A stretch of DNA of 64,000 nt from Patescibacteria group bacterium (GCA_042570925.1 JBHPFX010000004.1:9291-73290); one strand, 5' to 3'. Counted from the stretch's first letter, positions 1-11,121 are shown. Made by a program: numbers and translations. Notes: generated by a model from the letters alone, not told the origin.

Positions 1-2
1 GT

Positions 3-206
3 AAAAAATCTGAACAAGTAACCATACGAATTAAAGGAATTTTATCTGAAAAGTTAGAACGTCCAATAGTAAAAGGTTTTCCCTTCCGATCAATATTCTG
101 GATCCCGATTTTAAATAAATACTACTATGACCTTACAGATGAAGAGCTCGAACACATCGACCATCGTAAACAAGGTTTAAAAAAACTTGAGCATTATTTA
201 ACATAA
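3..206 (+). CDS. 3' end of a gene truncated by the window edge (unknown product)
   Basis: Frame is open from the window start to TAA at 204-206 (...FWIPILNKYYYDLTDEELEHIDHRKQGLKKLEHYLT*). Same strand as the next gene and 2 nt upstream of it. No family recognised. Confidence 0.3.
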   Translation, partial: KKSEQVTIRIKGILSEKLERPIVKGFPFRSIFWIPILNKYYYDLTDEELEHIDHRKQGLKKLEHYLT

Positions 207-208
207 TT

Positions 209-655
209 ATGGAAAATATTTCTACAGCCGAGTTAATAATACGTGTAGTCGTAATCATCATTTTAGCCGGTTTGATAGGTTTTGAGCGGGAAACAATCAA
301 AACTCCAGCTGGATTACGTACTAATATCCTGGTAGGACTTGGATCAACTTTAATAATGGTACTGAGTATCATGTTAGCTGCTGAGTCCACCAGTACCGAA
401 ATTGACCCTGGGCGAATTGCTGGTCAAGTGATCACGGGAATTGGTTTCCTTGGTGCAGGAGCCATCATCCAATCCAGGGGTTCAATTCGAGGACTTACCA
501 GTGCTGCCACAATATGGGTTGTAGCCGCCATTGGGCTGGTTGTAGGAGCAGGGTATTACCTTATAGCTGTCATCGCTACCGTAGCAGTCTTGATTACCCT
601 TCATATTCTGCCCAACCTTGAACGACGTTTTGACAAGGGAAAGGACAATCAATAA
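209..655 (+). CDS. MgtC/SapB family membrane protein
   Basis: 148 aa, about 4 TM. N-terminal signature LAGLIGFERE...GLRTNILV is typical of the MgtC family. Confidence 0.8.
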   Translation: MENISTAELIIRVVVIIILAGLIGFERETIKTPAGLRTNILVGLGSTLIMVLSIMLAAESTSTEIDPGRIAGQVITGIGFLGAGAIIQSRGSIRGLTSAATIWVVAAIGLVVGAGYYLIAVIATVAVLITLHILPNLERRFDKGKDNQ

Positions 656-656
656 T

Positions 657-1928
657 ATGCTCGATATAAAATACGTTGTAGATAATATCGAGGAAGTTAC
701 AAAAAAGCTTTCTTTGAGAAATGTTGCATCAAAAAGTCTTAAAGAAATTGTCGAACTTTACAACCAACTTAAAAAAGAAAAGAATAAGCTTGAATCTATC
801 CATTCAGAAAAGAATGCTTTTTCAAAGCACATTACTCAATTAACAAAGGAAGAAAAGAAAAATAAACTAAATGAATTAAGCTCATTGACCGATCAAGAGA
901 ATAAAATCAAGAAATTCATTGATAAAATAGATATTACGTACAAAACATTACTACTCAGCATACCCAATATTCCACTCGATGACGTTATCCCCGGTAAAAA
1001 TGAAGGAGATAATAAAGTTACTAAAGAGCATGGAGACAAGAAATCATTATCTTTTGCTCCAAAAAATCATCTTGAATTAGGAATTAGCAATAATATTATT
1101 GACGTTGAGCGGGCTGCAAAAGTAAGCGGTTCAAGGTTTGGTTATCTAAAAGGAGATGGTGCGCTTTTATGGTTAGCACTCGTTCAGTATGCTCTTGAAG
1201 TTACCCATAAACATGGATTTACGCTTTTTATGCCACCAGTACTGGTGAAGAAGCACGTAATGGAAAATTCAGGGTATGATTCTTATCTCGACGGTCAAGA
1301 GGCATACTATATCGAAAAGGATGATTTATTTTTAGTAGGAACGGGTGAGCATGCACTGCTGCCATATCACAGTGATGAAATACTGAAGGAAGAAGATCTC
1401 CCAATGTCATATTCAGCGTACTCGAGTTGTTTTCGTCGTGAATCAGGAAGTTACGGTAAAGATACCAAAGGTATTCTACGAGTTCATCAATTTGAAAAAC
1501 TGGAAATGCTTGTCATTGCACAACCGAGTGATTCGAGAAACCAATTTGACCGTCTTCTGTCTGTACAAGAAAAGATCATTCAAGGTCTACAAATTCCATA
1601 TCAGCTTCTTTCTGTCTGTACAGGTGACTTGCCAAAACCTTCTGCAAAGGTTGTTGATCTTGAATGTTGGATTCCGTCAGAAAAAAAATATCGGGAAACT
1701 CATTCAGCTTCTAATTGTACAGATTACCAGGCAAGAAGAAATAAAATCCGTTATAAGGATAGTAAAGGTAAAAGTCATTATCCTCATATTCTTAATGCAA
1801 CTGGAATTACTCCCCGAACACTTATTGCATTAATAGAAAATTATCAACAAAGTGACGGATCGATTAACATTCCAGAAATATTGCAACCATACATGCAGGG
1901 TCAGACAGTTATAAAACATACCAAATGA
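657..1928 (+). CDS. serS: seryl-tRNA synthetase
   Basis: Start moved to the internal ATG at 657 (MLDIKYV..., the usual SerS N-terminus). Has a coiled-coil arm and class II motifs (FRRESGSYGKDTKGILRVHQFEKLE). Confidence 0.95.
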   Translation: MLDIKYVVDNIEEVTKKLSLRNVASKSLKEIVELYNQLKKEKNKLESIHSEKNAFSKHITQLTKEEKKNKLNELSSLTDQENKIKKFIDKIDITYKTLLLSIPNIPLDDVIPGKNEGDNKVTKEHGDKKSLSFAPKNHLELGISNNIIDVERAAKVSGSRFGYLKGDGALLWLALVQYALEVTHKHGFTLFMPPVLVKKHVMENSGYDSYLDGQEAYYIEKDDLFLVGTGEHALLPYHSDEILKEEDLPMSYSAYSSCFRRESGSYGKDTKGILRVHQFEKLEMLVIAQPSDSRNQFDRLLSVQEKIIQGLQIPYQLLSVCTGDLPKPSAKVVDLECWIPSEKKYRETHSASNCTDYQARRNKIRYKDSKGKSHYPHILNATGITPRTLIALIENYQQSDGSINIPEILQPYMQGQTVIKHTK

Positions 1929-3067
1929 AAATTCACCCAATAACGCGGGTTGAGGTGTCTGAAGCGGCGATCAAGCATAATATACGCATGTTTCAGCGGA
2001 TTTTGCGTACTACGGGGACTAATTTTATGGCAGTTGTAAAATCTAATGCCTATGGACATGGAATGGTTGAAGTTGCTCGTATTGCGCAAAAACACGGCAT
2101 ACGCTGGTTTGGAGTAGTTAATCTTGATGAAGCACTCGTATTGCGCAAAAACGGCGTTTGGGCACGCATACTCGTTCTAAGCTATTTTACAGATGATGGA
2201 ATTACACAAGCTATTAAACAAAATATTACCCTAAGTATATATAATCTTAACGACGCACGTAAAATATCTCGCATTGCTAAAAGTATTAAAAGGATAGCAC
2301 GTGTGCATTTTAAAGTAGACACAGGGACGTCACGTTTGGGAATACGCTCAAAAGAAGCTATTACTATGATTCGTCAAATTACTTTATTAAAGTACATTCA
2401 TCTCGAAGGTATATTCACGCATTTTTCAGATTCAGAAAATCCTAATCAGTATATCACTAATCGTCAAATTAAAGAATTTGATTCGATCATTTTAAAGCTG
2501 GAAAATGAGGGAATTACATTTTCAATAAAACATGCGGCCTGTAGTGCCTCAACACTGCTCAATAAGAAAACCCATTACAATCTTTCTCGAATTGGTATTT
2601 CGCTCTACGGATTGCACTCGATAGAAAAAGACGGTATGACTGTACGTAAAAAATATCCATGGTTTTCATTACAACCCGCTCTTTCATGGAAAACACATAT
2701 CATTCAAATAAAAAATATTAAACGCAACACCTGTGTCGGCTATGGATGCGACTATCGAGCAAAGAAAAAAATTAGAATAGCCATATTACCCGTTGGGTAC
2801 TGGGATGGTTATGACAGGAAATTATCAAATAAAGGAAGTGTCATAATTTGCGGTAAACGTGCAAAAATCGTAGGGAGGATTTGCATGAACCTGTCTATGG
2901 TTGATATAACTAATATACAGGATGCTAAAATCGGCAATGAAGCGATACTCATAGGCAAAAAGGAGAGGGGAGAGGTAACTGCTGATGAAGTTGCTTCACT
3001 CGTACAAACTATAAATTATGAAGTTGTCACAAGAATAAATCCATTAATTCATCGAAAGGTTATATAA
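1925..3067 (+). CDS. alr: alanine racemase
   Basis: PLP-lysine motif [11 protein letters not shown]. 380 aa. ATGA overlap with the serS stop. Confidence 0.9.
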   Translation: MKIHPITRVEVSEAAIKHNIRMFQRILRTTGTNFMAVVKSNAYGHGMVEVARIAQKHGIRWFGVVNLDEALVLRKNGVWARILVLSYFTDDGITQAIKQNITLSIYNLNDARKISRIAKSIKRIARVHFKVDTGTSRLGIRSKEAITMIRQITLLKYIHLEGIFTHFSDSENPNQYITNRQIKEFDSIILKLENEGITFSIKHAACSASTLLNKKTHYNLSRIGISLYGLHSIEKDGMTVRKKYPWFSLQPALSWKTHIIQIKNIKRNTCVGYGCDYRAKKKIRIAILPVGYWDGYDRKLSNKGSVIICGKRAKIVGRICMNLSMVDITNIQDAKIGNEAILIGKKERGEVTADEVASLVQTINYEVVTRINPLIHRKVI

Positions 3068-3068
3068 T

Positions 3069-4196
3069 ATGCCAAAAAAGAAAAAATTAACCGTAGGTGT
3101 GATATTTGGAGGTCGTTCGGCTGAGCATGAGGTATCAATTGCTTCGGCCAGATCTGTCATTAAAGCGCTAAACAAGAAACTTTATCACGTCGTGCCTATC
3201 GCTGTTACAAAGAACGGCCGATGGCTATCATCGTCAAACGCTCTTCAGTTACTTGCTGATTCTGACAACCAGCTAAAAAAAGCACCTGAGAGAACAATAA
3301 TACCAAATCCAACCACACAAGGTCTTGTAACAATAAAGAATAACGCTCAACAAGCTGTAAAATCTCTTGATGTGGTTTTTCCGTTAATACATGGACCATT
3401 TGGTGAAGATGGCTCTCTTCAAGGGCTGCTTGAACTTGCTAATATCCCATACGTTGGAGCAGGGGTTCTTGGTTCAGCAACGGGATTGGATAAGGCGGTA
3501 ATGAAACGGTTATTTATTGTTGCCGGGTTACCTGTTGGTGAATTTATTTCTTTTGTTCAAGCTGAATGGACAAGGGATCGTAAAACCGTCGTTAAGGAGA
3601 TTAAGCAAATGAAATATCCCTTATTTGTAAAGCCTGCTAATCTTGGATCATCTGTTGGCATATCAAAGGTTCATAATGATAATCAATTATTTAAGGCCAT
3701 TAAACTTGCGTTATCGTTTGATCGTAAGGTTGTTGTTGAAAAAGCCATGAAAGGCGCTAGAGACATTGAATGCGCTGTACTTGGTAATGATTTTCCAAAA
3801 GCATCAATTCCCGGTGAAATTGTCTCATCAAATGAATTCTATGATTATGATGCAAAATATGTTGACGGAGAGTCTCAAGCAGTCATTCCGGCAAAACTTC
3901 CCAAGATGCTTTTAAAACGAATTCAAGATATGTCAATTAGAGCCTTTCAGGCACTTGATATATCGGGAATGGCTCGAGTCGATTTTCTTGTTTATGGTAA
4001 AACATTATGGATAAATGAGCTTAATACAATACCTGGCTTCACATCAATCAGTATGTATCCTCAGCTGTGGGAAGCTTCTAGATTTCCATACCCCAAACTT
4101 CTCGACACATTGCTGGAATTAGCTATTGAACGACATAATCAAAAGCGACAACTAAAGAATTCTTACAGACCAAAAAAGCTATGGCACCGTTCGTGA
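3069..4196 (+). CDS. ddl: D-alanine--D-alanine ligase
   Basis: N-terminus [20 protein letters not shown]-grasp core, and C-terminal [10 protein letters not shown] motif. Confidence 0.92.
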   Translation: MPKKKKLTVGVIFGGRSAEHEVSIASARSVIKALNKKLYHVVPIAVTKNGRWLSSSNALQLLADSDNQLKKAPERTIIPNPTTQGLVTIKNNAQQAVKSLDVVFPLIHGPFGEDGSLQGLLELANIPYVGAGVLGSATGLDKAVMKRLFIVAGLPVGEFISFVQAEWTRDRKTVVKEIKQMKYPLFVKPANLGSSVGISKVHNDNQLFKAIKLALSFDRKVVVEKAMKGARDIECAVLGNDFPKASIPGEIVSSNEFYDYDAKYVDGESQAVIPAKLPKMLLKRIQDMSIRAFQALDISGMARVDFLVYGKTLWINELNTIPGFTSISMYPQLWEASRFPYPKLLDTLLELAIERHNQKRQLKNSYRPKKLWHRS

Positions 4197-4213
4197 TAAA
4201 TCAGTAATTATTT

Positions 4214-5068
4214 ATGCGTTGGGATTTTCGTGGTAAAAGAATTCAAAGGAGAAGGGGAATCAATGAAACTTCCCCCCAATTCAGTAACCCTCTATTTAAG
4301 AAGAGTTCCTGGTCTTCTTTAGTGGTGCTCCATCCTGGTTTTTTCTTTCTGGCATTACTCACAATAGTCATAGGTACAGTATATCTTTTTTTGTTTTCTC
4401 CACTGTTCAATATCAGTAGTATCATTGTAGAAGGTGAGCAGGGAATTTCTGAATCATCAATTAAATTACATGTAGTAGAACAATCAGAACAATTCCGTAT
4501 TGGCATTATTCCTCAAAACAATCTATTAGCTTTTTCGCGCAGTGGTCTTAAAGAATTACTTCGCACACACTATGACCTAGAATCGCTTATAGTAACTAAA
4601 AAGTTGCCAGGAACCATATCAATATCATTTTCTGAGAAAAACCCCTTTGCGATTCTTGTTTCTGGTGAAAATAGATACTATATTGAAGAGAATGGCCTAC
4701 TATCGGCAGAAATGACTACTGAAAGCACTATTGAAGGGTATATTGAAATAATAGAGGAAGTTTCCTTAGGGCCACCGACGGTTGGTACATCAGTGTTTTC
4801 ATCAAGTGTAGCAGTATTTATTCAAGGCCTCTCAAATAGGTTACAGGCTGATATTGGAGTAAGTATCGAGAAATGGATGATTCCATCATTTGAATCAGAG
4901 CAAATACACGCACTGACACCTGACGGTTGGCGTATATTTTTCCATATGAATAAAGATCTTAACCAGCAATATGATAATTTCTTAGCTACATGGAATCATT
5001 ACTTTACTGAGTCTCCACCAAACGAGTACATTGATGTACGTATACTTGATAGAGTTATCTATAAGTAG
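4214..5068 (+). CDS. FtsQ/DivIB-like cell-division protein (single TM plus POTRA-like domain)
   Basis: One TM (FFFLALLTIVIGTVYLFLF) followed by FNISSIIVEGEQGISESSI, which looks like a POTRA start. Sits in the conserved position downstream of ddl. Confidence 0.6.
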   Translation: MRWDFRGKRIQRRRGINETSPQFSNPLFKKSSWSSLVVLHPGFFFLALLTIVIGTVYLFLFSPLFNISSIIVEGEQGISESSIKLHVVEQSEQFRIGIIPQNNLLAFSRSGLKELLRTHYDLESLIVTKKLPGTISISFSEKNPFAILVSGENRYYIEENGLLSAEMTTESTIEGYIEIIEEVSLGPPTVGTSVFSSSVAVFIQGLSNRLQADIGVSIEKWMIPSFESEQIHALTPDGWRIFFHMNKDLNQQYDNFLATWNHYFTESPPNEYIDVRILDRVIYK

Positions 5069-5161
5069 CCATTATTGGCATATATCATTTTATAGAGACG
5101 CCTAAGATATATTGTGCGACGCATTGTTATATTCAATTATATACCTTCCCTAGCTAAACGA

Positions 5162-5192
5162 ACCCACTACTTTCTAAGTACTTGGGTTTTTT
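5162..5192 (+). terminator. putative intrinsic terminator after the FtsQ-like gene
   Basis: Imperfect hairpin acccac-tac/gta-cttgggt followed by a T6 run. Confidence 0.5.
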
Positions 5193-5213
5193 ATTATCTT
5201 GCTTAGTTTTGAT

Positions 5214-6506
5214 CTATGGCAAGTAATCCAGTGGATTTACTGGTATGCCATTAAGACGTACCTCAAAATGCAAATGTGGGCCTGTGGTGAGTCTTCCGGC
5301 ACCAAGGGTGCCTGGCATGCCACCAGATAACCCAATTTGCTGTCCACGGATTACAAAATCATCCTCTGCCACATCAATACCACTAACATGTCCGTATACA
5401 GTGGATATGTCGTCGTTATGGACTATCATTATAAAACTGTAACCAAAACCGGCATTTTTAGCTCTTGCGACATATCCATCTGCTGCAGCATAGAGCGTAG
5501 TCCCCTGCCCAACACGGACATCTATTGCAGGATGTTCAAAATATTTTCTGTAAGGGTATGATGGATCATGAAAATATGCACTAATACCGTTATGTGACGC
5601 TACTGGCCACGAAAGTGTAGCTGATGAATCAAATAATTCTCTGCCACCTTCTTCTAGCTTTTCTCTTGCCAATCTTTCGATTGAATATATTTCTGCATTA
5701 ACCTGCTTTTGCTCAAGCTGTGCTTCTTCCAAGAGATCCTCAAAAAGTTCCTGATTCTCTTTTGTTTCATCAAGAATTGTTTGTTTGTACTCTTGTTGAT
5801 GCGTTAGATCACTAACTGTCAGTGTTAGACGCTCCTGCAAAGTCTGTAGCTCTTCTTTTTTATTAGCTTGAATATTTTGTTCTTCCTCTAGTTCTTGTTT
5901 TGATGATTGTAGAGAATTTAAATTCTGTGTTATTGAACCTTCGATATCTTCAACGTATTCAATATAATCAAAAAAATCGGAAAATGACTCATTAGTTAGC
6001 AGTACCGAAAGAACGCTGCGCTGGTCGTATTCATTCAATAACCGTATATAATCGGCCAACTGTCCATCGATAACTTCTAATTCTTCCTTTTTCTGTTCAA
6101 TGTCTATCGTAAGTTTGTCGATTTCAAGCGCCGTTCTTTCAATTTCAAGGTTTATTCGTTCGATATCATTATTCGTTTGAGTAACTTGAGCATCAAGAAG
6201 CGTCAACTGACCCTCAAGAGTCAGGGCTTCCTGCTGTTTAACCTCTAAACTTTCCTCATACTGCAGAATCTTATCATTAATCTCATCAATGAGAAGTTTT
6301 TTCTCTTCAATCTTCTGATTAAGTTCTTGATATTCTTCTTTGTCTACCGCTTCATCTTCAGACTCGATATCCTCCTGAGCATAGGTTAACTGTCCAAACA
6401 ACAAAACCACCACGGATATTATCCCAAGTGAAATGAGAAGTAATAATGGCTTTTTTTTGTGTTTCTGTGTCATGCTATGAGTCATTACGGGGACATCATA
6501 GCACAT
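5214..6506 (-). CDS. M23 family metallopeptidase with long N-terminal coiled coil (EnvC-like architecture)
   Basis: TM or signal sequence, about 250 aa of heptad-like E/Q/L-rich sequence, then an M23 core (HPAIDV...GPHLHFEVRLNGIPVNPLDYL). The start could be an internal Met (6473). Confidence 0.85.
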   Translation of the reverse strand: MCYDVPVMTHSMTQKHKKKPLLLLISLGIISVVVLLFGQLTYAQEDIESEDEAVDKEEYQELNQKIEEKKLLIDEINDKILQYEESLEVKQQEALTLEGQLTLLDAQVTQTNNDIERINLEIERTALEIDKLTIDIEQKKEELEVIDGQLADYIRLLNEYDQRSVLSVLLTNESFSDFFDYIEYVEDIEGSITQNLNSLQSSKQELEEEQNIQANKKEELQTLQERLTLTVSDLTHQQEYKQTILDETKENQELFEDLLEEAQLEQKQVNAEIYSIERLAREKLEEGGRELFDSSATLSWPVASHNGISAYFHDPSYPYRKYFEHPAIDVRVGQGTTLYAAADGYVARAKNAGFGYSFIMIVHNDDISTVYGHVSGIDVAEDDFVIRGQQIGLSGGMPGTLGAGRLTTGPHLHFEVRLNGIPVNPLDYLP

Positions 6507-6508
6507 AA

Positions 6509-7987
6509 TTAGCCTTTTTTCAAGCCCTTGATGAGCACGAGAGCTTTTTTTACTCGTTGAACTGATATACTAAGCCCTAAAACAGCCATCATGGAAAAAA
6601 CATCTGGACTAGCTTTTTTCCCCGAAATTGCTACACGAAGCGGCCATAAGACTTGTGAATTTGTCATTTTGTTATTCTGTATGATCTGGATAAAATTCTT
6701 TCTTAATATATCTTCTTTAAAATCATTTTTTGGTATTTTTAGTAAAATATCCAATGCTATCGTCAGTGCATTGTACGTTGTCTCATCTGTCTCTTTCTTT
6801 GGTATGAGAATTTTAGCGTCATACGTAATACTTTTTTCAAAGAAATAACTTGCCCATTCTTCGATTTCTTTTAATGTTTCTATTCGGTCTTTAATTGATT
6901 TAATAACCAATTCCAGTTTTTCATCTGATACTTCTGCGATTGTAATAAACTTTCTTGACTGCTCAATAAGTATTTTTTCATCAATTGTTCTAATATGTTG
7001 AGCGTTCACTGAAGTTAATTTTTGAATATCAAATATCGATGCGGCTTTATTTACGTTTTTAAAAGAAAATTCTCTCTCTAGCTCGGATAATGAGAATATC
7101 TCTCGTTCATCTCCAGGATTCCATCCAAGAAATGCAATATAATTTAATACTGCCCCAGGTAAAAATCCATGATCTCGATAATCAAGTGCCGCCTCAGCTC
7201 CATGTCGTTTTGATAATTTTGCCCTATCACTTCCTAAAATCATTGGAAGATGCGCAAATTCAGGAATTTCCCATCCAAAAGCTTTGTAAATCAATATATG
7301 TTTGGGAGTTGATGATAACCATTCTTCAGCCCTTATCACATGTGATATTTCCATTAAATGATCATCAACCACATTTGCGAGATGATACGTAGGAAAACCG
7401 TCGGACTTCAACAGTACTTGGTCATCTATTCGTATATTTTCAAATTCTACATTTCCTCTGATTAAATCTTTAAAAGATGTACTCCCCTCTTCAGGTACCT
7501 TAAGTCGAATGACAAATTCTTTTTTCTCATCTTCATACTTGTTAATTTCATTTTCATCTAATCCACGACACCTCTGATCATATCTTGAGGCTTCTTTTCT
7601 TTTTGATTGTTCATTTCTAACTTTTTCAAGTCTTTCAGGACTGCAAAAGCATTTATACGCTTTTCCGGATTCAATAAGATTCATCGCATGATCAAAATAT
7701 ATTGCCTTTCTTTGAGACTGAATATATGGACCATGATTACCCAGTGAATCCTTTAAATTAGAAAATGAAGGTCCTTCATCCCATGTTAATCCATACCAGG
7801 TAAGTGCCTCAAGTATATTTTTTAAAGCTCCTTGAACCTCCCTTGTTTTATCCGTATCTTCTATCCGCACAATGAATGTTCCACCATTCTTTTTTGCGAA
7901 TAGATAATTAAAAAGCGCAGTACGTAAACCACCTATATGCAAAAATCCTGTTGGCGATGGCGCAAATCTAACTCGTACGTTTTTCAT
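6509..7987 (-). CDS. gltX: glutamyl-tRNA synthetase
   Basis: Start trimmed to MKNVRVRFAPSPTGFLHIGG (HIGH motif). KLSKRHG is the KMSKS equivalent. ATGA overlap with the upstream permease stop. Confidence 0.93.
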   Translation of the reverse strand: MKNVRVRFAPSPTGFLHIGGLRTALFNYLFAKKNGGTFIVRIEDTDKTREVQGALKNILEALTWYGLTWDEGPSFSNLKDSLGNHGPYIQSQRKAIYFDHAMNLIESGKAYKCFCSPERLEKVRNEQSKRKEASRYDQRCRGLDENEINKYEDEKKEFVIRLKVPEEGSTSFKDLIRGNVEFENIRIDDQVLLKSDGFPTYHLANVVDDHLMEISHVIRAEEWLSSTPKHILIYKAFGWEIPEFAHLPMILGSDRAKLSKRHGAEAALDYRDHGFLPGAVLNYIAFLGWNPGDEREIFSLSELEREFSFKNVNKAASIFDIQKLTSVNAQHIRTIDEKILIEQSRKFITIAEVSDEKLELVIKSIKDRIETLKEIEEWASYFFEKSITYDAKILIPKKETDETTYNALTIALDILLKIPKNDFKEDILRKNFIQIIQNNKMTNSQVLWPLRVAISGKKASPDVFSMMAVLGLSISVQRVKKALVLIKGLKKG

Positions 7988-9129
7988 ACTAAATAATTTT
8001 TTACGAAATAGTATACAACTCCTAGCACACCAATAACAAACACTGTTCCAACAAGATACATCCACCAAGGTGTTTTCGTCAATTCTGGATTAACTTTGAG
8101 ACGTACTTTCTGATACATCTTCAGTATAACAATACCTTCAAAACCAAGTAACACAGCTCCAATAAACATTATGACATCTATGAAGTTAGTAAGTCCAATA
8201 AAATAAAGCGCCAACGGAATAAAGCAAGCCAGCATCCATGAATATATAAGAGGAATTTTAAAATCAAAGTGATAAATGTTCTTTATTGTCAGACCTAATG
8301 TTAAAAATGACGTAAAGGTAGTAATAAATCCAAAAAGATACCCAATAGTAATAATATTACTTCCGAGGGATTCCTTGAGTCCCTCGATGGCTTCTTGGCT
8401 TGTTGATCCTCCGCTTATTCCAAGGGTAACGAATACAAAGAGTGTATACACAATTAATGACACCAGTGCCCCTGCTGGTAATACCTTCATTAATATCTTT
8501 TTTGAACCTCCAACGATATCGCGCACTTCAGGTATCACGGCGCTTCCCCAAAAAGAAAACATCACAACACCAAACGGTAAAAATAAATTTGCCGAATTAA
8601 ATGTTGTTAGATTATCAAATTCTATCTTATTCCATCCAACAAATACTAATCCAAGTACCAGAAGCATGAATAATATAAGAAACCATAGTTCAACTGAGGC
8701 AACAGACTTTCTACCCCATAAAATTAATAACGACCCAATACTAAAGAATATTAAAACTCCGCCCACTTCAGATATTTCAAAACGCGAACTACTCATTAGT
8801 GATGAGAGAAAAGTTCCGCCAACAATGAGATATGCGAGAATACTACCAGAAAATCCAATAACATTGCTTGTAAACATCGCTCTTTTCCATTTTGGTCCCA
8901 GCCAGTATTCCGCATAGCCGGGGTATCTATGATCACCAGGCGTATTAACAATAATGTTTGCATATACTTTTTGGATTACAAAAACAATTCCACCAAGCAC
9001 GAGGAAATATGCAATGGTTGGTATAAAACCAACTTTACTTGCAATATATGGCAAGCCAAAAATACCAACACCGATGATTGTGCCAGCAAAAAGGGCCAGC
9101 CCAAGAAAGAATTTTTTAGCGTCTTTCAT
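7984..9129 (-). CDS. amino acid permease (Trp/Tyr-permease-like, about 11 TM)
   Basis: Start trimmed to MKDAKKFFLGLALFAGTIIGVGIFGLPYIASKVGF, a typical N-terminus for amino acid transporters of this class. Polytopic. Confidence 0.7.
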   Translation of the reverse strand: MKDAKKFFLGLALFAGTIIGVGIFGLPYIASKVGFIPTIAYFLVLGGIVFVIQKVYANIIVNTPGDHRYPGYAEYWLGPKWKRAMFTSNVIGFSGSILAYLIVGGTFLSSLMSSSRFEISEVGGVLIFFSIGSLLILWGRKSVASVELWFLILFMLLVLGLVFVGWNKIEFDNLTTFNSANLFLPFGVVMFSFWGSAVIPEVRDIVGGSKKILMKVLPAGALVSLIVYTLFVFVTLGISGGSTSQEAIEGLKESLGSNIITIGYLFGFITTFTSFLTLGLTIKNIYHFDFKIPLIYSWMLACFIPLALYFIGLTNFIDVIMFIGAVLLGFEGIVILKMYQKVRLKVNPELTKTPWWMYLVGTVFVIGVLGVVYYFVKNYLV

Positions 9130-9145
9130 GCTATAATTATACCAT

Positions 9146-9811
9146 ATGTGCGGAAGATATTCTTTCTTCACAAAAGATGAAGTTATTGAAAGTCGTTTCA
9201 AAGCTTCATTTATGTTTCCAATACAACGGCATTACAATGCAGCACCAAGCCAATTGTTGCCTATTATTCTAAATAACGACCCTGAGCATATTACTGCTGG
9301 CAAATGGGGTCTTACAACTTCTTGGATGAATAAAAAGGGTCTTCACCCTCTCATTAATGCACGAGTTGAAACTGTAAGCGAAAAACCTTCATTTAAACAA
9401 TCATTTAGTAAACGACGGTGCTTAGTTATCGCTGATAATTTCTTTGAGTGGAGCCGTCAATCAAATATCAAAATCCCATTTCGTATTCTTCTTAAAGATG
9501 AACAACCGTTTGCGTTTGCTGGTATTTTTGAACTCTTAAAATTATCTTCAGGGGTAGTCATACCAACATTTACGATCATTACCGTCCCGGCAAATGAACT
9601 CGTTGCTCCGCTCCATGACCGGATGCCGGCTATTCTCTCTAAAGACCACGAAAGCCTCTGGATAGATCCCAAAGCACCGTATGAAGCAGCAAAATCTGTT
9701 TGTAAGCCATACGCAGAAGAAAAAATGAAGATGTATGAAGTTTCCCCATTGGTAAATTCAGTAAAACATGATGAACCTCGGATTATTCAACCGATACAAA
9801 AACTTCTTTAA
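9146..9811 (+). CDS. SOS response-associated peptidase (SRAP/YedK family, abasic-site processing)
   Basis: Hallmark N-terminus MCGRYSF with the catalytic Cys2. 221 aa. Confidence 0.9.
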   Translation: MCGRYSFFTKDEVIESRFKASFMFPIQRHYNAAPSQLLPIILNNDPEHITAGKWGLTTSWMNKKGLHPLINARVETVSEKPSFKQSFSKRRCLVIADNFFEWSRQSNIKIPFRILLKDEQPFAFAGIFELLKLSSGVVIPTFTIITVPANELVAPLHDRMPAILSKDHESLWIDPKAPYEAAKSVCKPYAEEKMKMYEVSPLVNSVKHDEPRIIQPIQKLL

Positions 9812-9814
9812 AAA

Positions 9815-11062
9815 TTACATCTTCTCATAATAATTCTCATTTTCACCTCTGAATTCTGAATCCATTGTTTTGCGAAATCCGATCCGATCAGGTGCATGCA
9901 TTTTACCCAGTTTCAGAAGCGTCCCCTGAACTATCGTTTCTTCACCATATCGATTATTTATTTCATCAATCGCAGTAGAAAGCATTGGTGATATTTTTTT
10001 GTAATTAAAAAGTGAAAGTTGATTAACATAGGGCCGAAGACGAAATAGCCCAAGAGCAAACATTGCAGGAACGTTCTTACCAACATACGGTGCAAGCTTC
10101 CCCCAAACAAACCGGTACAGCTGCTTAGTTGACTGCACGGGAAAATGCAGTCTGTTGCTTCCACCAAAGCTCGGCCGATGATCAAATTGTACGTAGTAAT
10201 AAATCCCCCTCGCCTCCAAACCTTTTTTACGCAGTCTTCTTCCCGTGCGTTCAGCCAGCCGCATAAGAACGGCTTGATGTAATCGTGTATCTAAAGAACG
10301 ATACCGTAAAACATGGCTATGCCCGATTGTTTTTGGTGGCCGCTTCACTTCGAGCCCTCCAAGCTCGATTCCATTTATGTTTGCCCATAAATAGTACCCC
10401 CGGGATTTTAATGATGACATGAGATTTTGCAGGGGAAATCGAGCCAGTTGATCCAATGTCATAATGCCAAGACGATTAAGACTTTCAGCCGTAGCACCAG
10501 CAATCCCCCAAGCATCCTCAAGATCACGACCGGTCAAATACTGAAGCAGCGTATCCTTGGTTAGTATTACTATTTTCCCCTTGGGCGCAGTATCACCGGC
10601 AAATTTAGCAAGCCATCGTGTCCATGCAATGCCAATAGAACACTGCAGCCACTCCCCCACTTCTTCTTTAATGCGCCGTTGAAGTTCTTTCCCTATTTTT
10701 TGTGCACCCTCATATGAACTCACTGTGCCGGTCAGATTAAGAAAAGCTTCGTCTATCGAATATGCTTCAATATCCTCCGTGTAGTCTGCACAAATATCGA
10801 AGATTGCTTTTGTCGTAGAACGATATTTAGGCGGGTCAACTTCGATAAGCTTCACGTCAGGATATATCTGCAATGCTTCATTGACACGGCAACCAGTTTT
10901 TATTCCGTATTTTTTTGCTTCGATTGAAGAAGCGATAATGCATCCACGCTGTGACATTGTCGATACGACTCCAACCGGCTTCCCGCGCAAAAAAGGATTT
11001 GCCTGTTGCTCAACAGATGCAAAATACGAGTTCATATCAAAGTGAAGGATGATCTTTTGCAT
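9815..11062 (-). CDS. dinB: Y-family DNA polymerase IV
   Basis: ILHFDMNSYFASVEQ...SIDEAFLNLTG motifs. The start could also be 11077 (5 extra codons). Confidence 0.9.
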   Translation of the reverse strand: MQKIILHFDMNSYFASVEQQANPFLRGKPVGVVSTMSQRGCIIASSIEAKKYGIKTGCRVNEALQIYPDVKLIEVDPPKYRSTTKAIFDICADYTEDIEAYSIDEAFLNLTGTVSSYEGAQKIGKELQRRIKEEVGEWLQCSIGIAWTRWLAKFAGDTAPKGKIVILTKDTLLQYLTGRDLEDAWGIAGATAESLNRLGIMTLDQLARFPLQNLMSSLKSRGYYLWANINGIELGGLEVKRPPKTIGHSHVLRYRSLDTRLHQAVLMRLAERTGRRLRKKGLEARGIYYYVQFDHRPSFGGSNRLHFPVQSTKQLYRFVWGKLAPYVGKNVPAMFALGLFRLRPYVNQLSLFNYKKISPMLSTAIDEINNRYGEETIVQGTLLKLGKMHAPDRIGFRKTMDSEFRGENENYYEKM

Positions 11063-11121
11063 ATTGACAGAAAGCAATTTATATAGTAATATCCTCTTGT
11101 TAAGAATTAATTATCAAAAAT

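Noticed and set aside
618-656. N-terminal extensions of tracked ORFs: serS 618, gltX 8068, permease 9201, def 37052, ferritin 44523, rpiB 55317, PHP 50513, pfkB 51493, translin-like 17710, PilX-like 15495
   Set aside because: Internal ATGs reproduce the canonical family N-termini and remove implausible overlaps with the upstream genes. The extensions look like non-coding sequence.
8276-8917. Long antisense or alternative-frame ORFs in the supplied track: 8276..8917 (213 aa), 46925..47437 (170 aa), 31550..32008, 33564..33935, 22324..22698, 61090..61455, 133..390 and many 60-110 aa ORFs
   Set aside because: Each lies wholly inside, or antisense to, a gene with clear family motifs. Their translations are low-complexity and junk-like, and they lack SD and promoter context. 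They are shadow ORFs, as expected in AT-rich DNA.
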